A stretch of DNA of 64,000 bases. Source: Candidatus Omnitrophota bacterium (GTDB lineage: Bacteria; Omnitrophota; Gorgyraeia; B26-G9). The position numbers and the translations under genes are program-made. The notes under the pieces were generated by a model. It had not been told where the DNA came from. It was given only the letters and a program-made list of their open reading frames with translations, and did not search any database. Position 1 is the first letter of the stretch. The number at the start of each line of letters is the position of its first letter. The stretch lies in assembly GCA_043826565.1 (NCBI GenBank), contig JBDRPX010000035.1, positions 31,299 through 95,298 of the forward strand. Reading direction: 5' to 3'. Below are positions 38,344 through 48,661 of the stretch, one piece after another.

Positions 38344-40059
38344 TTAATCATCCGCAGTTAAACGGGTGATCTCTTCTAAACTTGTAAGCCCTTTCAGTGC
38401 TTTAATAACACCGTTTTCCCGTAAAGTGGTCATTCCTTCCTCTCGCGCTTTTTTCTTGATGATCCCTTCCTGGGCTTTTTGCATAACCAAGTCCCGGATA
38501 TCCGGAGTAAAAATCAAAACCTCACATAAACCGAGTCTTCCCCGATAACCGGTATTACTACATTTAGCACATCCTTTAGGTTTGAATAACTCTTTAGCAT
38601 CCTCGTTAATAAAAAATCTTTTTCTTATCTCCGGGGTTATCTCATATGCTTCTTTACAATTATCACAAAGTTTTCGGATCAATCTCTGGGCACATACCAA
38701 TAAGCACGAGGAAGTGATCAGAAACGGTTCAATACCCATATTTACCATTCTGGTTACCGCTCCGGAAGCTTCCGTCGTATGTAATGTGCTTAAAACTAAA
38801 TGCCCGGTAAGAGCAGCTTTAATCGCGATATCCAGAGTTTCTGTATCACGAATTTCACCGACCATAATGATATCCGGGTCCTGACGTAAAAATGATCGTA
38901 AAGCACCGCTAAAAGTAAGCCCGATCTCCGGGTTAACACTAACCTGATTAATTCCCGGCAATTGGTATTCAACCGGATCCTCTGCGGTAACCAGATTTAG
39001 TTCCGGATTATCCACATATTTTAAAACCGAATACAAAGTAGTCGATTTTCCGCTTCCGGTCGGCCCGACAACAAGGATCATTCCATGCGGTTCCTGCGCA
39101 AGGGTCTTAACTCTTTGTATTGTTTCAACCTCAAAACCTAAAGCGTCCAAATCAAGAATTACCGTAGTCTTATCTAATATACGCAAAGCAATTTTCTCTC
39201 CGTGGGTGCACGGCATAATCGAAACACGAAAATCAATTTCCCGGTCACCGATTTTAATTTTAAAACGGCCGTCTTGCGGTAAACGATGTTCCGCTATATT
39301 TAAAGTGGACATGACTTTAATCCGGGAAATAATCGCGTCCTGCATATGTACCGGCGGTGCCGGAAATTCCTGTAGAATTCCATCGAGGCGATAACGTATC
39401 CGCAGGCGTTTTTCCTGCGGTTCAATTAAAACATCGCTCGCTTTGTGTTTAATCGCTTCCGCAAGAAGCATATTCGTAACTTTTACAACCGGAGTATCTT
39501 CAACTTGAGCAAGAAGTTGTTTTTCACTAAGCTGCCTATCTTCAGAAGCACCTTCATCCTGAAATATTTGGATATCCATGTCCTTTACATCATCAATAAT
39601 TGCTCTCATCTGATCATCCGATGACCCGCTATAATGTTTTTCAATTGCTTCCTTAAGCTCCTTTTCAGCCGCAATAACAACTTTCAGCTGATAATTGGTA
39701 AGCACTTTAAGTTCATCAATAGCCAGGACATTAAGCGGGTCGACCATGGCGACTGTTAAAACTTTTCCAATTTTAGAAATCGCAATCGCCAGATATTTTT
39801 CCGCCAGCTGCCGGGGAATGATCTGAACCACATCCTGATTTATTTTGAACTTAGCAAGGTTGATCGGGGGGATATTCAAACTTTGACTTAATACAATTAC
39901 CAAGTCACGCTGACTAATATAACCCATTGTCGTCAGGACTTCACTTAAACGCCGTCCCGTTTCTTTTTGCAAAGCAATAGCTTCCTCAAGCTGCTCCTTT
40001 GTTAAGAAATTAGAGCGGGTTAAAACCTCCAGCATTTTGTCTTTAATACCTTGAACCAT
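38344..40059 (-). CDS. pilB: Type IV pilus extension ATPase, copy 1
   Basis: MshEN-like N-terminus, PQDGRF, GPTGSGKSTT, MVGEIRD, CDNC/CAKC. Confidence 0.92.
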   Translation of the reverse strand: MVQGIKDKMLEVLTRSNFLTKEQLEEAIALQKETGRRLSEVLTTMGYISQRDLVIVLSQSLNIPPINLAKFKINQDVVQIIPRQLAEKYLAIAISKIGKVLTVAMVDPLNVLAIDELKVLTNYQLKVVIAAEKELKEAIEKHYSGSSDDQMRAIIDDVKDMDIQIFQDEGASEDRQLSEKQLLAQVEDTPVVKVTNMLLAEAIKHKASDVLIEPQEKRLRIRYRLDGILQEFPAPPVHMQDAIISRIKVMSTLNIAEHRLPQDGRFKIKIGDREIDFRVSIMPCTHGEKIALRILDKTTVILDLDALGFEVETIQRVKTLAQEPHGMILVVGPTGSGKSTTLYSVLKYVDNPELNLVTAEDPVEYQLPGINQVSVNPEIGLTFSGALRSFLRQDPDIIMVGEIRDTETLDIAIKAALTGHLVLSTLHTTEASGAVTRMVNMGIEPFLITSSCLLVCAQRLIRKLCDNCKEAYEITPEIRKRFFINEDAKELFKPKGCAKCSNTGYRGRLGLCEVLIFTPDIRDLVMQKAQEGIIKKKAREEGMTTLRENGVIKALKGLTSLEEITRLTADD

Positions 40060-40077
40060 TAGAAGACCTCAATAAGG

Positions 40078-40698
40078 CTATTTCGGCTCATAATACTGGG
40101 CGATAGCATTATTAATATCCGAAAAGGTAGAAATAAACGTCTCAACATCAAGTCCGGTAATCTGTTTTATTTCTTCTTTCGCAGCAGAGTTAAGAGGATC
40201 AGCCATGGCAACAGTAAGAATGTTGCCAATTTTATCGATCGGGATAAGATTGTATTTCTGAGCAATATCTTTTGAAATAATTTTTACTAATTCGGTTTCA
40301 ATTTCATAATTTTCCAACTGTAAATAAGGAAATCCGTATTGAGTCACCATAGTACTCACAAGGTCTTCTTCCGAAAGGTAACCCATTTCGATAATTAGTT
40401 GAAATAAAGATCCTCCCTTTTTAGTTTGCATCTCCAACGCTTTATCTAACTGCTCCTGGGTAATAATGCCGATATCCAACAGAATGTTTTCCAGTTTCTG
40501 CGCTGTATGCGTCTGCTCATAAATACTTTCCTCTATCTGCTCCGAAGTAACATACTTAAGTTTGACTAAAATCTGACCGACTAAACCACCTTCCTGAAGC
40601 TGAACTTCCAGAGCTTTTTCCAATTGCTCCTGGGTGATCAGATTCTTCTCGATCAAAAGTTGTCCGATTTGTTTCTTTTTATTTTTTTTCAATTCCAA
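40078..40698 (-). CDS. Stand-alone PilB-N-terminal / MshEN-repeat protein without ATPase
   Basis: QIGQLLIEKNLITQEQLEKALEVQ and KLENILLDIGIITQEQLDKALEMQ repeats, LTVAMADP. Confidence 0.85.
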   Translation of the reverse strand: MELKKNKKKQIGQLLIEKNLITQEQLEKALEVQLQEGGLVGQILVKLKYVTSEQIEESIYEQTHTAQKLENILLDIGIITQEQLDKALEMQTKKGGSLFQLIIEMGYLSEEDLVSTMVTQYGFPYLQLENYEIETELVKIISKDIAQKYNLIPIDKIGNILTVAMADPLNSAAKEEIKQITGLDVETFISTFSDINNAIAQYYEPK

Positions 40699-40702
40699 CC
40701 AC

Positions 40703-41767
40703 CTATCGTTTAAACAAACGAATTAAATCATCCGGATCCGTAGAACGGGATATCGCGTCCTCATAAGCAATTAATTTACGTGTATATAACTCATAAAGGG
40801 CCTGATTCATAGTCTGCATCCCTTCTTTTTGTCCGGTTTGAATCAGTGAATAAATCTGATGAACTTTTTGTTCTCTGATCATACTTTTTACAGCCGGAGT
40901 AGCCACCATAACCTCAGCACCAAGTACCCGTCCGAATCCACCAACTTTAGGAACCAACTGCTGAGAAAGAATTCCCACCATTACAAAGGAAAGCTGAGTT
41001 CTAACCTGCTGCTGCTGATGCGAAGGAAAAACGTCAATAATTCGGTTTACTGTTTGCACCGCGTCAGAAGTGTGTAATGTGGCAAACACTAAGTGCCCTG
41101 TTTCCGCAATTGTTAATGCCGCCTCAATTGTTTCTAAGTCGCGCATTTCGCCGACCAGAATAACATCCGGGTCTTGTCTAAGAATATGTTTAAGAGCTAA
41201 ACCAAATGATTTTGTATCCTGCCCTATCTCCCGCTGATCCACAACCGACATCTTATTTGCATGTACAAATTCTATCGGGTCCTCTACCGTTATAATATGA
41301 CAAGCCCTATCTTCATTTACTTTATCCACAATAGATGCCAAGGTAGTTGATTTACCACTACCCGTAGCTCCGGTAACCAAAACCAGCCCTTTGGGTTTTC
41401 GGGAAAGTTCTGTAACAACCTTCACCGGTAACCCGCATTCGGTAAAGCTTAAAATCTTAAACGGAATAGCCCGGATAGCCGTTCCGACAAAACTGCGTTG
41501 AAAAAACACATTCATACGAAAACGGCTTAAACCTTCAATTTCAAAAGACCGGTCAAGTTCCCTGTTTGTCTCAAACTTCGCAATTTCTTCCGGGCTGAGC
41601 ACCGCATAAATAATGTCTTTGACCTCTCCCGGAGAAAGTGACGGCATATCCAGTGGAACCATTTTTTCATCAATACGCATATGCGGAGGCGTATGCGCGC
41701 CTAAATGCAGATCCGAGGCATTGCGCTCAATTAGAATCCTCAATAATTGGGATAAATCAGCACCCAT
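40703..41767 (-). CDS. pilT: Type IV pilus retraction ATPase
   Basis: ASDLHL, GATGSGKST, LVGEMRD, AETGHLVFATLHT, AVKSMIRE, GMQT. Confidence 0.93.
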   Translation of the reverse strand: MGADLSQLLRILIERNASDLHLGAHTPPHMRIDEKMVPLDMPSLSPGEVKDIIYAVLSPEEIAKFETNRELDRSFEIEGLSRFRMNVFFQRSFVGTAIRAIPFKILSFTECGLPVKVVTELSRKPKGLVLVTGATGSGKSTTLASIVDKVNEDRACHIITVEDPIEFVHANKMSVVDQREIGQDTKSFGLALKHILRQDPDVILVGEMRDLETIEAALTIAETGHLVFATLHTSDAVQTVNRIIDVFPSHQQQQVRTQLSFVMVGILSQQLVPKVGGFGRVLGAEVMVATPAVKSMIREQKVHQIYSLIQTGQKEGMQTMNQALYELYTRKLIAYEDAISRSTDPDDLIRLFKR

Positions 41768-42173
41768 GCTCGTCCTCTCTTCCTTCTGTTTTTTGTAATC
41801 CTTTATGTATTCTTAACGCGGTATGGATTAATCGCGCGGCTTCCTCGAACCCTTTTTCTTTGGCAAAGAAACCGGAAATTCCCAGTTTAGTCGCCTCCTT
41901 CATGCTTTCCATCGTTCCGAAAGCGCTAAAAATCACAACCGGTATTTTCTTGTCGATTTCCCGGACTTGTTTAAGTATCTCTATTCCGCTTAGCCCGGGG
42001 AGCTTTAAATCCAGAAAAATTATATTGTATTTATTAGCCCGGATCTGCTCAATAACTTTTTCTCCGCTATAAAGCACATCCGCATCAAATTCCCGGCTTT
42101 TTAGCCAGAATTGCATCATGTTAATAAAATCCATCTCATCATCAATTAACAATACTTTAATTTTTTCATCCAT
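41757..42173 (-). CDS. Single-domain response regulator
   Basis: LLIDDE, FLDLKLPG phospho-acceptor Asp, conserved S and K; overlaps the pilT start. Confidence 0.9.
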   Translation of the reverse strand: MDEKIKVLLIDDEMDFINMMQFWLKSREFDADVLYSGEKVIEQIRANKYNIIFLDLKLPGLSGIEILKQVREIDKKIPVVIFSAFGTMESMKEATKLGISGFFAKEKGFEEAARLIHTALRIHKGLQKTEGREDEHGC

Positions 42174-42205
42174 AACAAACCCCATCATTTAAAATTTTTA
42201 GTTCA

Positions 42206-43279
42206 TTACGTACTGCTGTGCTTAAAAAACCGTTTAAAATCATCGTGATCAGTAACATGCAAAGCCGCTTCCTGGTAACTAATTAACCCCTGTTTATATA
42301 ATTCAAAAAGTGACTGATTCATCGTCTTCATTCCATCTTTTTGTCCAGTCTGGATCAAAGAAAAAATTTGATGGATCTTTTCTTCTCTAATCATCGCCCG
42401 GATACCAAAATTAGAAATCATTATCTCTACCGCAAGAGCTCTTCCATTTTCATCAGAACGCGGTATCAACTGCTGAGAAACAGTTGCCAGCAGCACAAAT
42501 GATAATTGGGTACGTACCTGCGATTGCTGCGACGCGGGGAAAACATCGATAATTCTGTTAATTGTCTGTACACAATCAGATGTGTGCAGCGTAGCAAAAA
42601 CAAGATGTCCGGTTTCCGCAATATTTAATGCCGCCTGAATCGTCTCCACATCCCGCATTTCTCCGATAAGAATAACATCAGGGTCTTGCCTTAAAACATA
42701 TTTCAGCGCTCCGCTATAAGAATCGGTATCCGTACCGATTTCTCTTTGTGATACAAGACTTTTTTTGTTCAAATGCACAAATTCTACAGGATCCTCTACC
42801 GTAACAATATGGCAATGCCTCTCGGAGTTTATATGATCAATCATCGCGGAGAGTGTTGTTGTTTTTCCTACCCCGGTAGCCCCGGTAACCAGAACCAACC
42901 CCCTTTGACTTCTACAGATTTGTAAAAATTGCTCTTCCGGTAATCCTAAAGCTCTAAACCCGGAGATTTCCTTAGGAATAACGCGCAGGGAAGCACAAAC
43001 TGCCCGACGATGATAAAACACATTAACCCGAAATCTGCCGATATCACCAAGATCATACGATTTATCAAGCTCTTTTTTATCTTCAAACTGTTTTATTTCG
43101 TCAGTAGTTAATAATAAATAAATCATTGTTTTACAATCATCTTCAGTTAAGCTAGGATATTCGAGCTTCACTAATTTGGAATCAACTCTGATTTGCGGGG
43201 GGCTATCTACGTGGATATGCAGATCCGATGCTCTTCTCTCCACCATAATTTTAGCAAGTGTTTCTATCTTTAAAGTCAT
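42206..43279 (-). CDS. pilT: Type IV pilus retraction ATPase, second paralogue
   Basis: GATGVGKTT, LIGEMRD, GIRAMIRE, GMKT. Start at MTLKIE (ORF track start 43321). Confidence 0.9.
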   Translation of the reverse strand: MTLKIETLAKIMVERRASDLHIHVDSPPQIRVDSKLVKLEYPSLTEDDCKTMIYLLLTTDEIKQFEDKKELDKSYDLGDIGRFRVNVFYHRRAVCASLRVIPKEISGFRALGLPEEQFLQICRSQRGLVLVTGATGVGKTTTLSAMIDHINSERHCHIVTVEDPVEFVHLNKKSLVSQREIGTDTDSYSGALKYVLRQDPDVILIGEMRDVETIQAALNIAETGHLVFATLHTSDCVQTINRIIDVFPASQQSQVRTQLSFVLLATVSQQLIPRSDENGRALAVEIMISNFGIRAMIREEKIHQIFSLIQTGQKDGMKTMNQSLFELYKQGLISYQEAALHVTDHDDFKRFFKHSST

Positions 43280-43369
43280 TTCAAGTCCTTTTTTTATACC
43301 GGCTAAATTGCTTTCAGGCAATTTTATAACATTTATCTATTCTCAGATAGGTAAAGAGAGTTTAAAATA

Positions 43370-43398
43370 AATATAACAGATAACTAAAGCTATGTCAA
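43370..43398 (-). promoter_or_regulatory. Sigma70 promoter of the pilT-pilB-pilC operon
   Basis: TTGACA-N17-TATATT. Confidence 0.65.
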
Positions 43399-43402
43399 CT
43401 GG

Positions 43403-45121
43403 TTAAATGCCGGATTTTCGCAAGGCATCACGAAGAACCTCACTAGGAATTCCGCAATCTATATACTCCCAGGGTAAATCCTGGGAAATATCTCTCTTTT
43501 GGCAAACATATTGCCGAGGATCAATATCATGTTCTTTAAAAGCTTCCTGCCAGAGAGCAAAGTTAAATGATTCTGACCAGGCATCAAAACGGGCTCCTGA
43601 TGTATACGCTTTAAAAATCACCTTATGTAACTGACGGTCTCCCCGGGTTAAATATGCCTCGAGAAAACTCATTCTCACATCATGAAAACTAACTTTTAAA
43701 TTCTTAGCGGAAAGCCGAGACCTAAGATATTGTTGTTTAGCCGCCAGCTCCTCCGGAGTATTCATTCCCAACCATTGAAAGGGTGTATGTGCTTTGGGAA
43801 TAAAATTCGATATGCTTACATTTATCTGTCCGAGTCTTGAGTCAACAGATTTTCTCAAATAAGTGAATTCCTTCACCAGACTAACAATATTCTCCAAATC
43901 CTCATTGTCTTCGGTCGGCAGGCCGATCATAAAATATAATTTTAATTTTTTCCACCCTATTTTATGCGCGGCAAGAACAGCATCTTTTAATGACTGAATA
44001 TCAATATTTTTATTAATAAGTTTTCGTAAACGCTCACTGCCTGCCTCAGGAGCAAATGTTAACCCGGTTTTTTTTAAATCACCTATCATCGCCAGAATTT
44101 CCGAAAAATCCTTATCGATCCGCAAAGACGGCAGGGAAATCCCTAATCCTCTTTCCCGGCAAAATGAGTGCATTTGGGTGATCAGCTTTTTGAGATTTGG
44201 ATAATTCGCGCTGGAAAGCGCGCAAAAAGCAATTTTTTCAAAACCTGTGTTTCGATATGTTTTCTTGGCAAGCTCCAATACTTTATCCACACTGCGCATG
44301 CGCACAGGATTTATCGTAAATCCGGCCTGGCAAAAATAACATTGGTTTGGACATCCCCGCATTATTTCCAGGCTTATCCGGTCATGAATCACTTCAACAA
44401 ACGGCACCGGCGGCGCTGTAGGAACTTCCGTTTCTTCAAAATTTTCAACATATCGTCTGGTTATACGCTTGGGCGTTTCTGTAAACGTCGGGACATAAAC
44501 ACCTTCAATTTTCGCCAATTCACGCAGTAGTTTTTCTCTTTGACTTAAACTTTCTGCTTCAGGTAAATCCTCAAAAGATTTTTTAAACTCACGGCATTTA
44601 TTCACCAATTCAATAATTACTTCCTCTGCTTCTCCAATCACAAAAACATCAATAAACTCAGCCATAGGCTCAGGATTATAACAACAAGGACCGCCGGCTA
44701 TGACAATCGGCAATCCGGCTCTGTCCTTTGCATAGATGGGAATACCGCCAAGTTCAAGCATATTCAATACATTGGTAAATCCAAGCTCATACTGCAAAGA
44801 AAAACCCAGAACATCAAAATCTGAGAGCGGTCTTTGACTTTCCAGACTAAGTAAAGGAAGATTACGTTTGCGCATTAACTCTTCCATATCCAACCACGGA
44901 GCAAAACATCGCTGGCAGAACACTTCTTCCTGTTTATTTAAAATATGGTAAAGAACTTTAATCCCCAAATGACTCATTCCGACTTCATAAGCATCGGGGA
45001 AACATAAAACAATATTAAATGTATTGCTGTTTATTTTTTTAACGACACTATTAAACTCCCGGCCGATATATCTAGCCGGCTTTCTCACTTCCAGTAAATA
45101 GTCTTCTGTATTTTCTTCCAT
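43403..45121 (-). CDS. B12-binding radical SAM protein (TIGR03960-like)
   Basis: KPARYIGRE, FPDAYEVGMS, RGCPNQCYFCQAG (CxxxCxxC), APEAGSERLR. Confidence 0.88.
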   Translation of the reverse strand: MEENTEDYLLEVRKPARYIGREFNSVVKKINSNTFNIVLCFPDAYEVGMSHLGIKVLYHILNKQEEVFCQRCFAPWLDMEELMRKRNLPLLSLESQRPLSDFDVLGFSLQYELGFTNVLNMLELGGIPIYAKDRAGLPIVIAGGPCCYNPEPMAEFIDVFVIGEAEEVIIELVNKCREFKKSFEDLPEAESLSQREKLLRELAKIEGVYVPTFTETPKRITRRYVENFEETEVPTAPPVPFVEVIHDRISLEIMRGCPNQCYFCQAGFTINPVRMRSVDKVLELAKKTYRNTGFEKIAFCALSSANYPNLKKLITQMHSFCRERGLGISLPSLRIDKDFSEILAMIGDLKKTGLTFAPEAGSERLRKLINKNIDIQSLKDAVLAAHKIGWKKLKLYFMIGLPTEDNEDLENIVSLVKEFTYLRKSVDSRLGQINVSISNFIPKAHTPFQWLGMNTPEELAAKQQYLRSRLSAKNLKVSFHDVRMSFLEAYLTRGDRQLHKVIFKAYTSGARFDAWSESFNFALWQEAFKEHDIDPRQYVCQKRDISQDLPWEYIDCGIPSEVLRDALRKSGI

Positions 45122-45142
45122 TAACCACCTAATCTATTTTAT

Positions 45143-45385
45143 AATATTTGAGTATTGAATATTGAGAATTGAGAGTTGGGAATTTCAATAACTAGTTACC
45201 AGTAACCAGGAAACATAAAGGTTCCGCAAAAGAAGTGAAGCGTAAAAAACACGCAAATTAATTTTTGTTTTTGGCTTATAGTCTATTGAGTACTTAATAT
45301 AAATATCGACAAATAGTTATTGTTAAATAATACATTTTCAATCTTTTTTCTACATCCTATTCTCAACTATCAATTTTCAATTGTC
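45143..45385. repeat. Inverted 7-bp arrays (RATTGAG / CTCAATT family) around an AT-rich core
   Basis: tattgaa-tattgag-aattgag-agttggg on the left; ctattct-caactat-caatttt-caatt on the right. Confidence 0.65.
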
Positions 45386-45393
45386 TAGAATCA

Positions 45394-47478
45394 TTAATCT
45401 CTAATATCAAGCAGTTCTTTTTCCTTCGGGATAGTAAAATAAAATCTGCTTCCTTTACCCAACTCACTCTCTACCCAGATTTTTCCGCCATGAAGTTCAA
45501 TGATTTCTTTTACAATCGCAAGCCCTAGACCGGTTCCTTTGGGCGATCCCTCGATCGGAACAGTTTTCGACTGCTCGAATTTCTCAAAAATCCGGACTAA
45601 ACTCTCCGAAGGTATTCCGCAGCCTGTATCCGCAACGCATATCTCGATTAATTTATCTTTGGGCTGCGCAGATAAGACAACCGATCCTCCGGCCGGCGTA
45701 AATTTAATCGCGTTTCCCACGAGATTAGTAAATACCTGATTCATCATTTTTGAATCCACATCAAATTCAATGGATTCATCAATATTTTTTTCAAGTTTTA
45801 CTTCTCGGCTCTGGGCCCAGGCCCCGATCAAGTCAAACACTCCGCTAACGATCAAGCTCAAAGAATCACGAGTACATTCTAAATGCATCTTACCTGCTTC
45901 AAGCTTTGATATATCCAGCAAATCATTAACCAGTTCCGTCAAACGTTTCGCATTATTACTGGCAATTTCCAAAAATTGTTTCTGCTGGGCATCCATACCC
46001 CCTTTATTTGCCGTATCTAAGATCAATCCCAGACTCTTTTGAATAGAAATTAACGGAGCGCGCAATTCATGAGAAACATTTGAAACAAAAGCATCTTTCA
46101 TTTTATTTATCTCTTTTTCCTTGGTAACATCACTTAAAACCGAGACCATTCCGACAGCCTGCCCATTTTCATTTTCAATTACCGCCGTACTCGCACGAAG
46201 TGTTTTTTTAGTCGCGTCATTCGGACCGGATAATTCTATTTCTATCTCCTGCAGCTTATCTTTGGAAAGACTCACGATATGTTCATCCTTTAATCCCTCC
46301 AAGATATTATTACCAATCTTTTCCTCTTTATTAACTCCCAGCAACACCTCAGCCGCCGGGTTAAGCGCCATAACTTTACCGTCATTATCAACAATAACCA
46401 ACCCTTCGGCAATATTTCTTAACACCGAATTTATCCGCTCCTTATCTTTCTTGATCTTGCGGTTTTCACTCATCAACACCTGCGTTGCTTCCGCTACTCT
46501 CTTTTCGACAAACCCTTCAATATTTTTCAGTTCACTCTTTAAAGCTAAATTCTCTTTTTGTGTCTTTTTTAATTCATTTTCCAACTGTTTCTTAGTAACC
46601 TTCGGCTGTTTTAACCTGATCGTTTCCGCCTCTATTTTTTTAAGCAACGGAACCTGTTCGACATCCGTAAACCCGGCTTGATCAAAACGCTCCTTAATAA
46701 TCTCAATCACTTCTTCGACAGCTTTTTCCGGACCGACCAATTCCAGAAATTGTTTTACCAGACGACGCGCATGTTTTTTAAATTCCAGAGAAATCAATTC
46801 CTTTTCCGGCATAAGCTCGGACTGGCCTCCTAAAAAATCACTAACCATTCCTACAATATCCTTTTTTCCTGTTCCGGTCCCCGCTCCGATGCCTTCGCCT
46901 ATTCCTGCCCCCTCTCCGATGCCTTCGCCTGTTCCTTTTCCTTCGCCGGTTACTCCCGTTGCCTCCTGGATCTTTTTAACTTCTTCATCTTCGGTAATCC
47001 GGGCATAGTGTACTTCAATAATCTGCACATTTTCAATCTGCTTTTCTTCAAGAATGTTTTTCACCCCGCCTTTTTTATCAGCATCTTCAGGCTTTAAAAC
47101 AAGCACCTCTAAAAATTTTTCCAATTCTTCCTTGGAAAGCCCCTGTTTAAATAACAATCCCTGGATATGAAACTTTTTTAAATTGGTAATTAGGCTTTTG
47201 GAGGCATCGGCTACATCTTCTAATAGTTCCCCATAAAACATTACATTGTGCTCCATAATATCCAGCGACATATCCCCAAACTTCGCCAGGAATGCAGTTA
47301 ATTCAATGGTTGCCTTTTCAATTGCTCCTTTGACCATCGGATGTGCTGCCGGATATAAAGGAACAATCCGTAAGGCAGAAGAAAATGCCTTAAAAAAATC
47401 TCGGATTTTTGTCTTTATGATTTTGTCGTTTTTTAACGCCTCGGTAAAAGCGTGATTTTTTTGATGTTCGTCACTCAT
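45394..47478 (-). CDS. Cytoplasmic PAS-domain histidine kinase
   Basis: LYPAAHP N-domain, Gly-rich GEG repeats, coiled coil, [25 protein letters not shown]. Confidence 0.92.
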   Translation of the reverse strand: MSDEHQKNHAFTEALKNDKIIKTKIRDFFKAFSSALRIVPLYPAAHPMVKGAIEKATIELTAFLAKFGDMSLDIMEHNVMFYGELLEDVADASKSLITNLKKFHIQGLLFKQGLSKEELEKFLEVLVLKPEDADKKGGVKNILEEKQIENVQIIEVHYARITEDEEVKKIQEATGVTGEGKGTGEGIGEGAGIGEGIGAGTGTGKKDIVGMVSDFLGGQSELMPEKELISLEFKKHARRLVKQFLELVGPEKAVEEVIEIIKERFDQAGFTDVEQVPLLKKIEAETIRLKQPKVTKKQLENELKKTQKENLALKSELKNIEGFVEKRVAEATQVLMSENRKIKKDKERINSVLRNIAEGLVIVDNDGKVMALNPAAEVLLGVNKEEKIGNNILEGLKDEHIVSLSKDKLQEIEIELSGPNDATKKTLRASTAVIENENGQAVGMVSVLSDVTKEKEINKMKDAFVSNVSHELRAPLISIQKSLGLILDTANKGGMDAQQKQFLEIASNNAKRLTELVNDLLDISKLEAGKMHLECTRDSLSLIVSGVFDLIGAWAQSREVKLEKNIDESIEFDVDSKMMNQVFTNLVGNAIKFTPAGGSVVLSAQPKDKLIEICVADTGCGIPSESLVRIFEKFEQSKTVPIEGSPKGTGLGLAIVKEIIELHGGKIWVESELGKGSRFYFTIPKEKELLDIRD

Positions 47479-47547
47479 TTAAAATCTCCTCTTTTATGAA
47501 CGCTTAATTTATAGCGCGCTTCATGTGATTTAAATTATTTGCGCGAA

Positions 47548-48645
47548 TTAAAAAACTGTCCGATGCATTTTCACATTAAACAGAAAACCCATAGCAATAA
47601 AATTACATATCAAAGCAGATCCCCCATAACTAATAAACGGTAAGGGCATCCCGACAACCGGCATCAGCCCTAAGGTCATACCTATATTTATTATAGCATG
47701 TAATGCCAACATTGTCGTCACCCCTGTAGCAATAAGCTGTCCGGAGATATCATTAGTATTTTCCGCTATTTTTAAGCCCCTTAAGATCAGCATTAGAAAA
47801 AGAATTATTATTGCCCCGGCAGCTAAGAACCCGCCTTCTTCTCCAATCACAGAAAAAATAAAATCAGTATGACGTTCCGGCAAAAAATTCAAACGGTTTT
47901 GGGTACCGATAAATAAACCCTTTCCTGTTAACATGCCCGAACCGATAGCAATTTTAGACTGATTAATTGTGTATCCTACTCCCAAAGGATCAAGATTTGG
48001 ATTTATAAAAACCATTAACCTGTCTTTTTGGTAAGGTTTCAGGAAAAGCCAAAAAAACGGTAAACTCACCACCCCAGCCGCTATCGCAGAAACAAGATAT
48101 TTTATTTTTATCCCGCCGACTAAAAACATCGCCATTAAAATCGGCAAAAAGATTATCGCTGTTCCTAAATCCGGCTGTTTAAAAATCAATACCATCGGCA
48201 CTAAAGTAATTAAAAACGGTCCTAAGAGGCCTCCCAGGGTTTTTAATCTTTGCGGGTTATCGCCAACCATTCTGGCTACAGCTAAAATGGTAAATAATTT
48301 TGAAAATTCCGAAGGCTGAAAACCTATTCCGCCGATACTAATCCAGCGTTGCGCACCAAAAGCTGTTTTGCCCATCAGCAAAACAAACACTAATGAAATT
48401 ATATGAATACCATAGATTATATAAGCAACGCTCAAAAAAGAATGGTAACTTGTCTTAGCTACGACAAACATTAAAAACAGGCCAATAGAAAGCCACACTA
48501 TCTGGCTTAGGAAAAAATTCTTCCCGGTATCTATCTGTTTTTGATATGAAGCGCTAAGTATCGCCATCAACCCAAACACAATCAGAATCACGAGAATAAC
48601 TGCCAAATATTTATCAAATCCCCCCATTGAGATATTACTAAACAT
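47548..48645 (-). CDS. rodA: Rod shape-determining protein RodA
   Basis: GAQRWI, QPSEFSK, QPDLGTA, LPERHTDFIFS, PFISYGGS. Confidence 0.96.
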   Translation of the reverse strand: MFSNISMGGFDKYLAVILVILIVFGLMAILSASYQKQIDTGKNFFLSQIVWLSIGLFLMFVVAKTSYHSFLSVAYIIYGIHIISLVFVLLMGKTAFGAQRWISIGGIGFQPSEFSKLFTILAVARMVGDNPQRLKTLGGLLGPFLITLVPMVLIFKQPDLGTAIIFLPILMAMFLVGGIKIKYLVSAIAAGVVSLPFFWLFLKPYQKDRLMVFINPNLDPLGVGYTINQSKIAIGSGMLTGKGLFIGTQNRLNFLPERHTDFIFSVIGEEGGFLAAGAIIILFLMLILRGLKIAENTNDISGQLIATGVTTMLALHAIINIGMTLGLMPVVGMPLPFISYGGSALICNFIAMGFLFNVKMHRTVF

Positions 48646-48661
48646 ATTTTTAAAAATTCCT

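Noticed and set aside
46860-46960. DNA repeat inside the histidine kinase as a mobile element
   Set aside because: It is an in-frame Gly-rich GEG(I/K/A)G linker repeat
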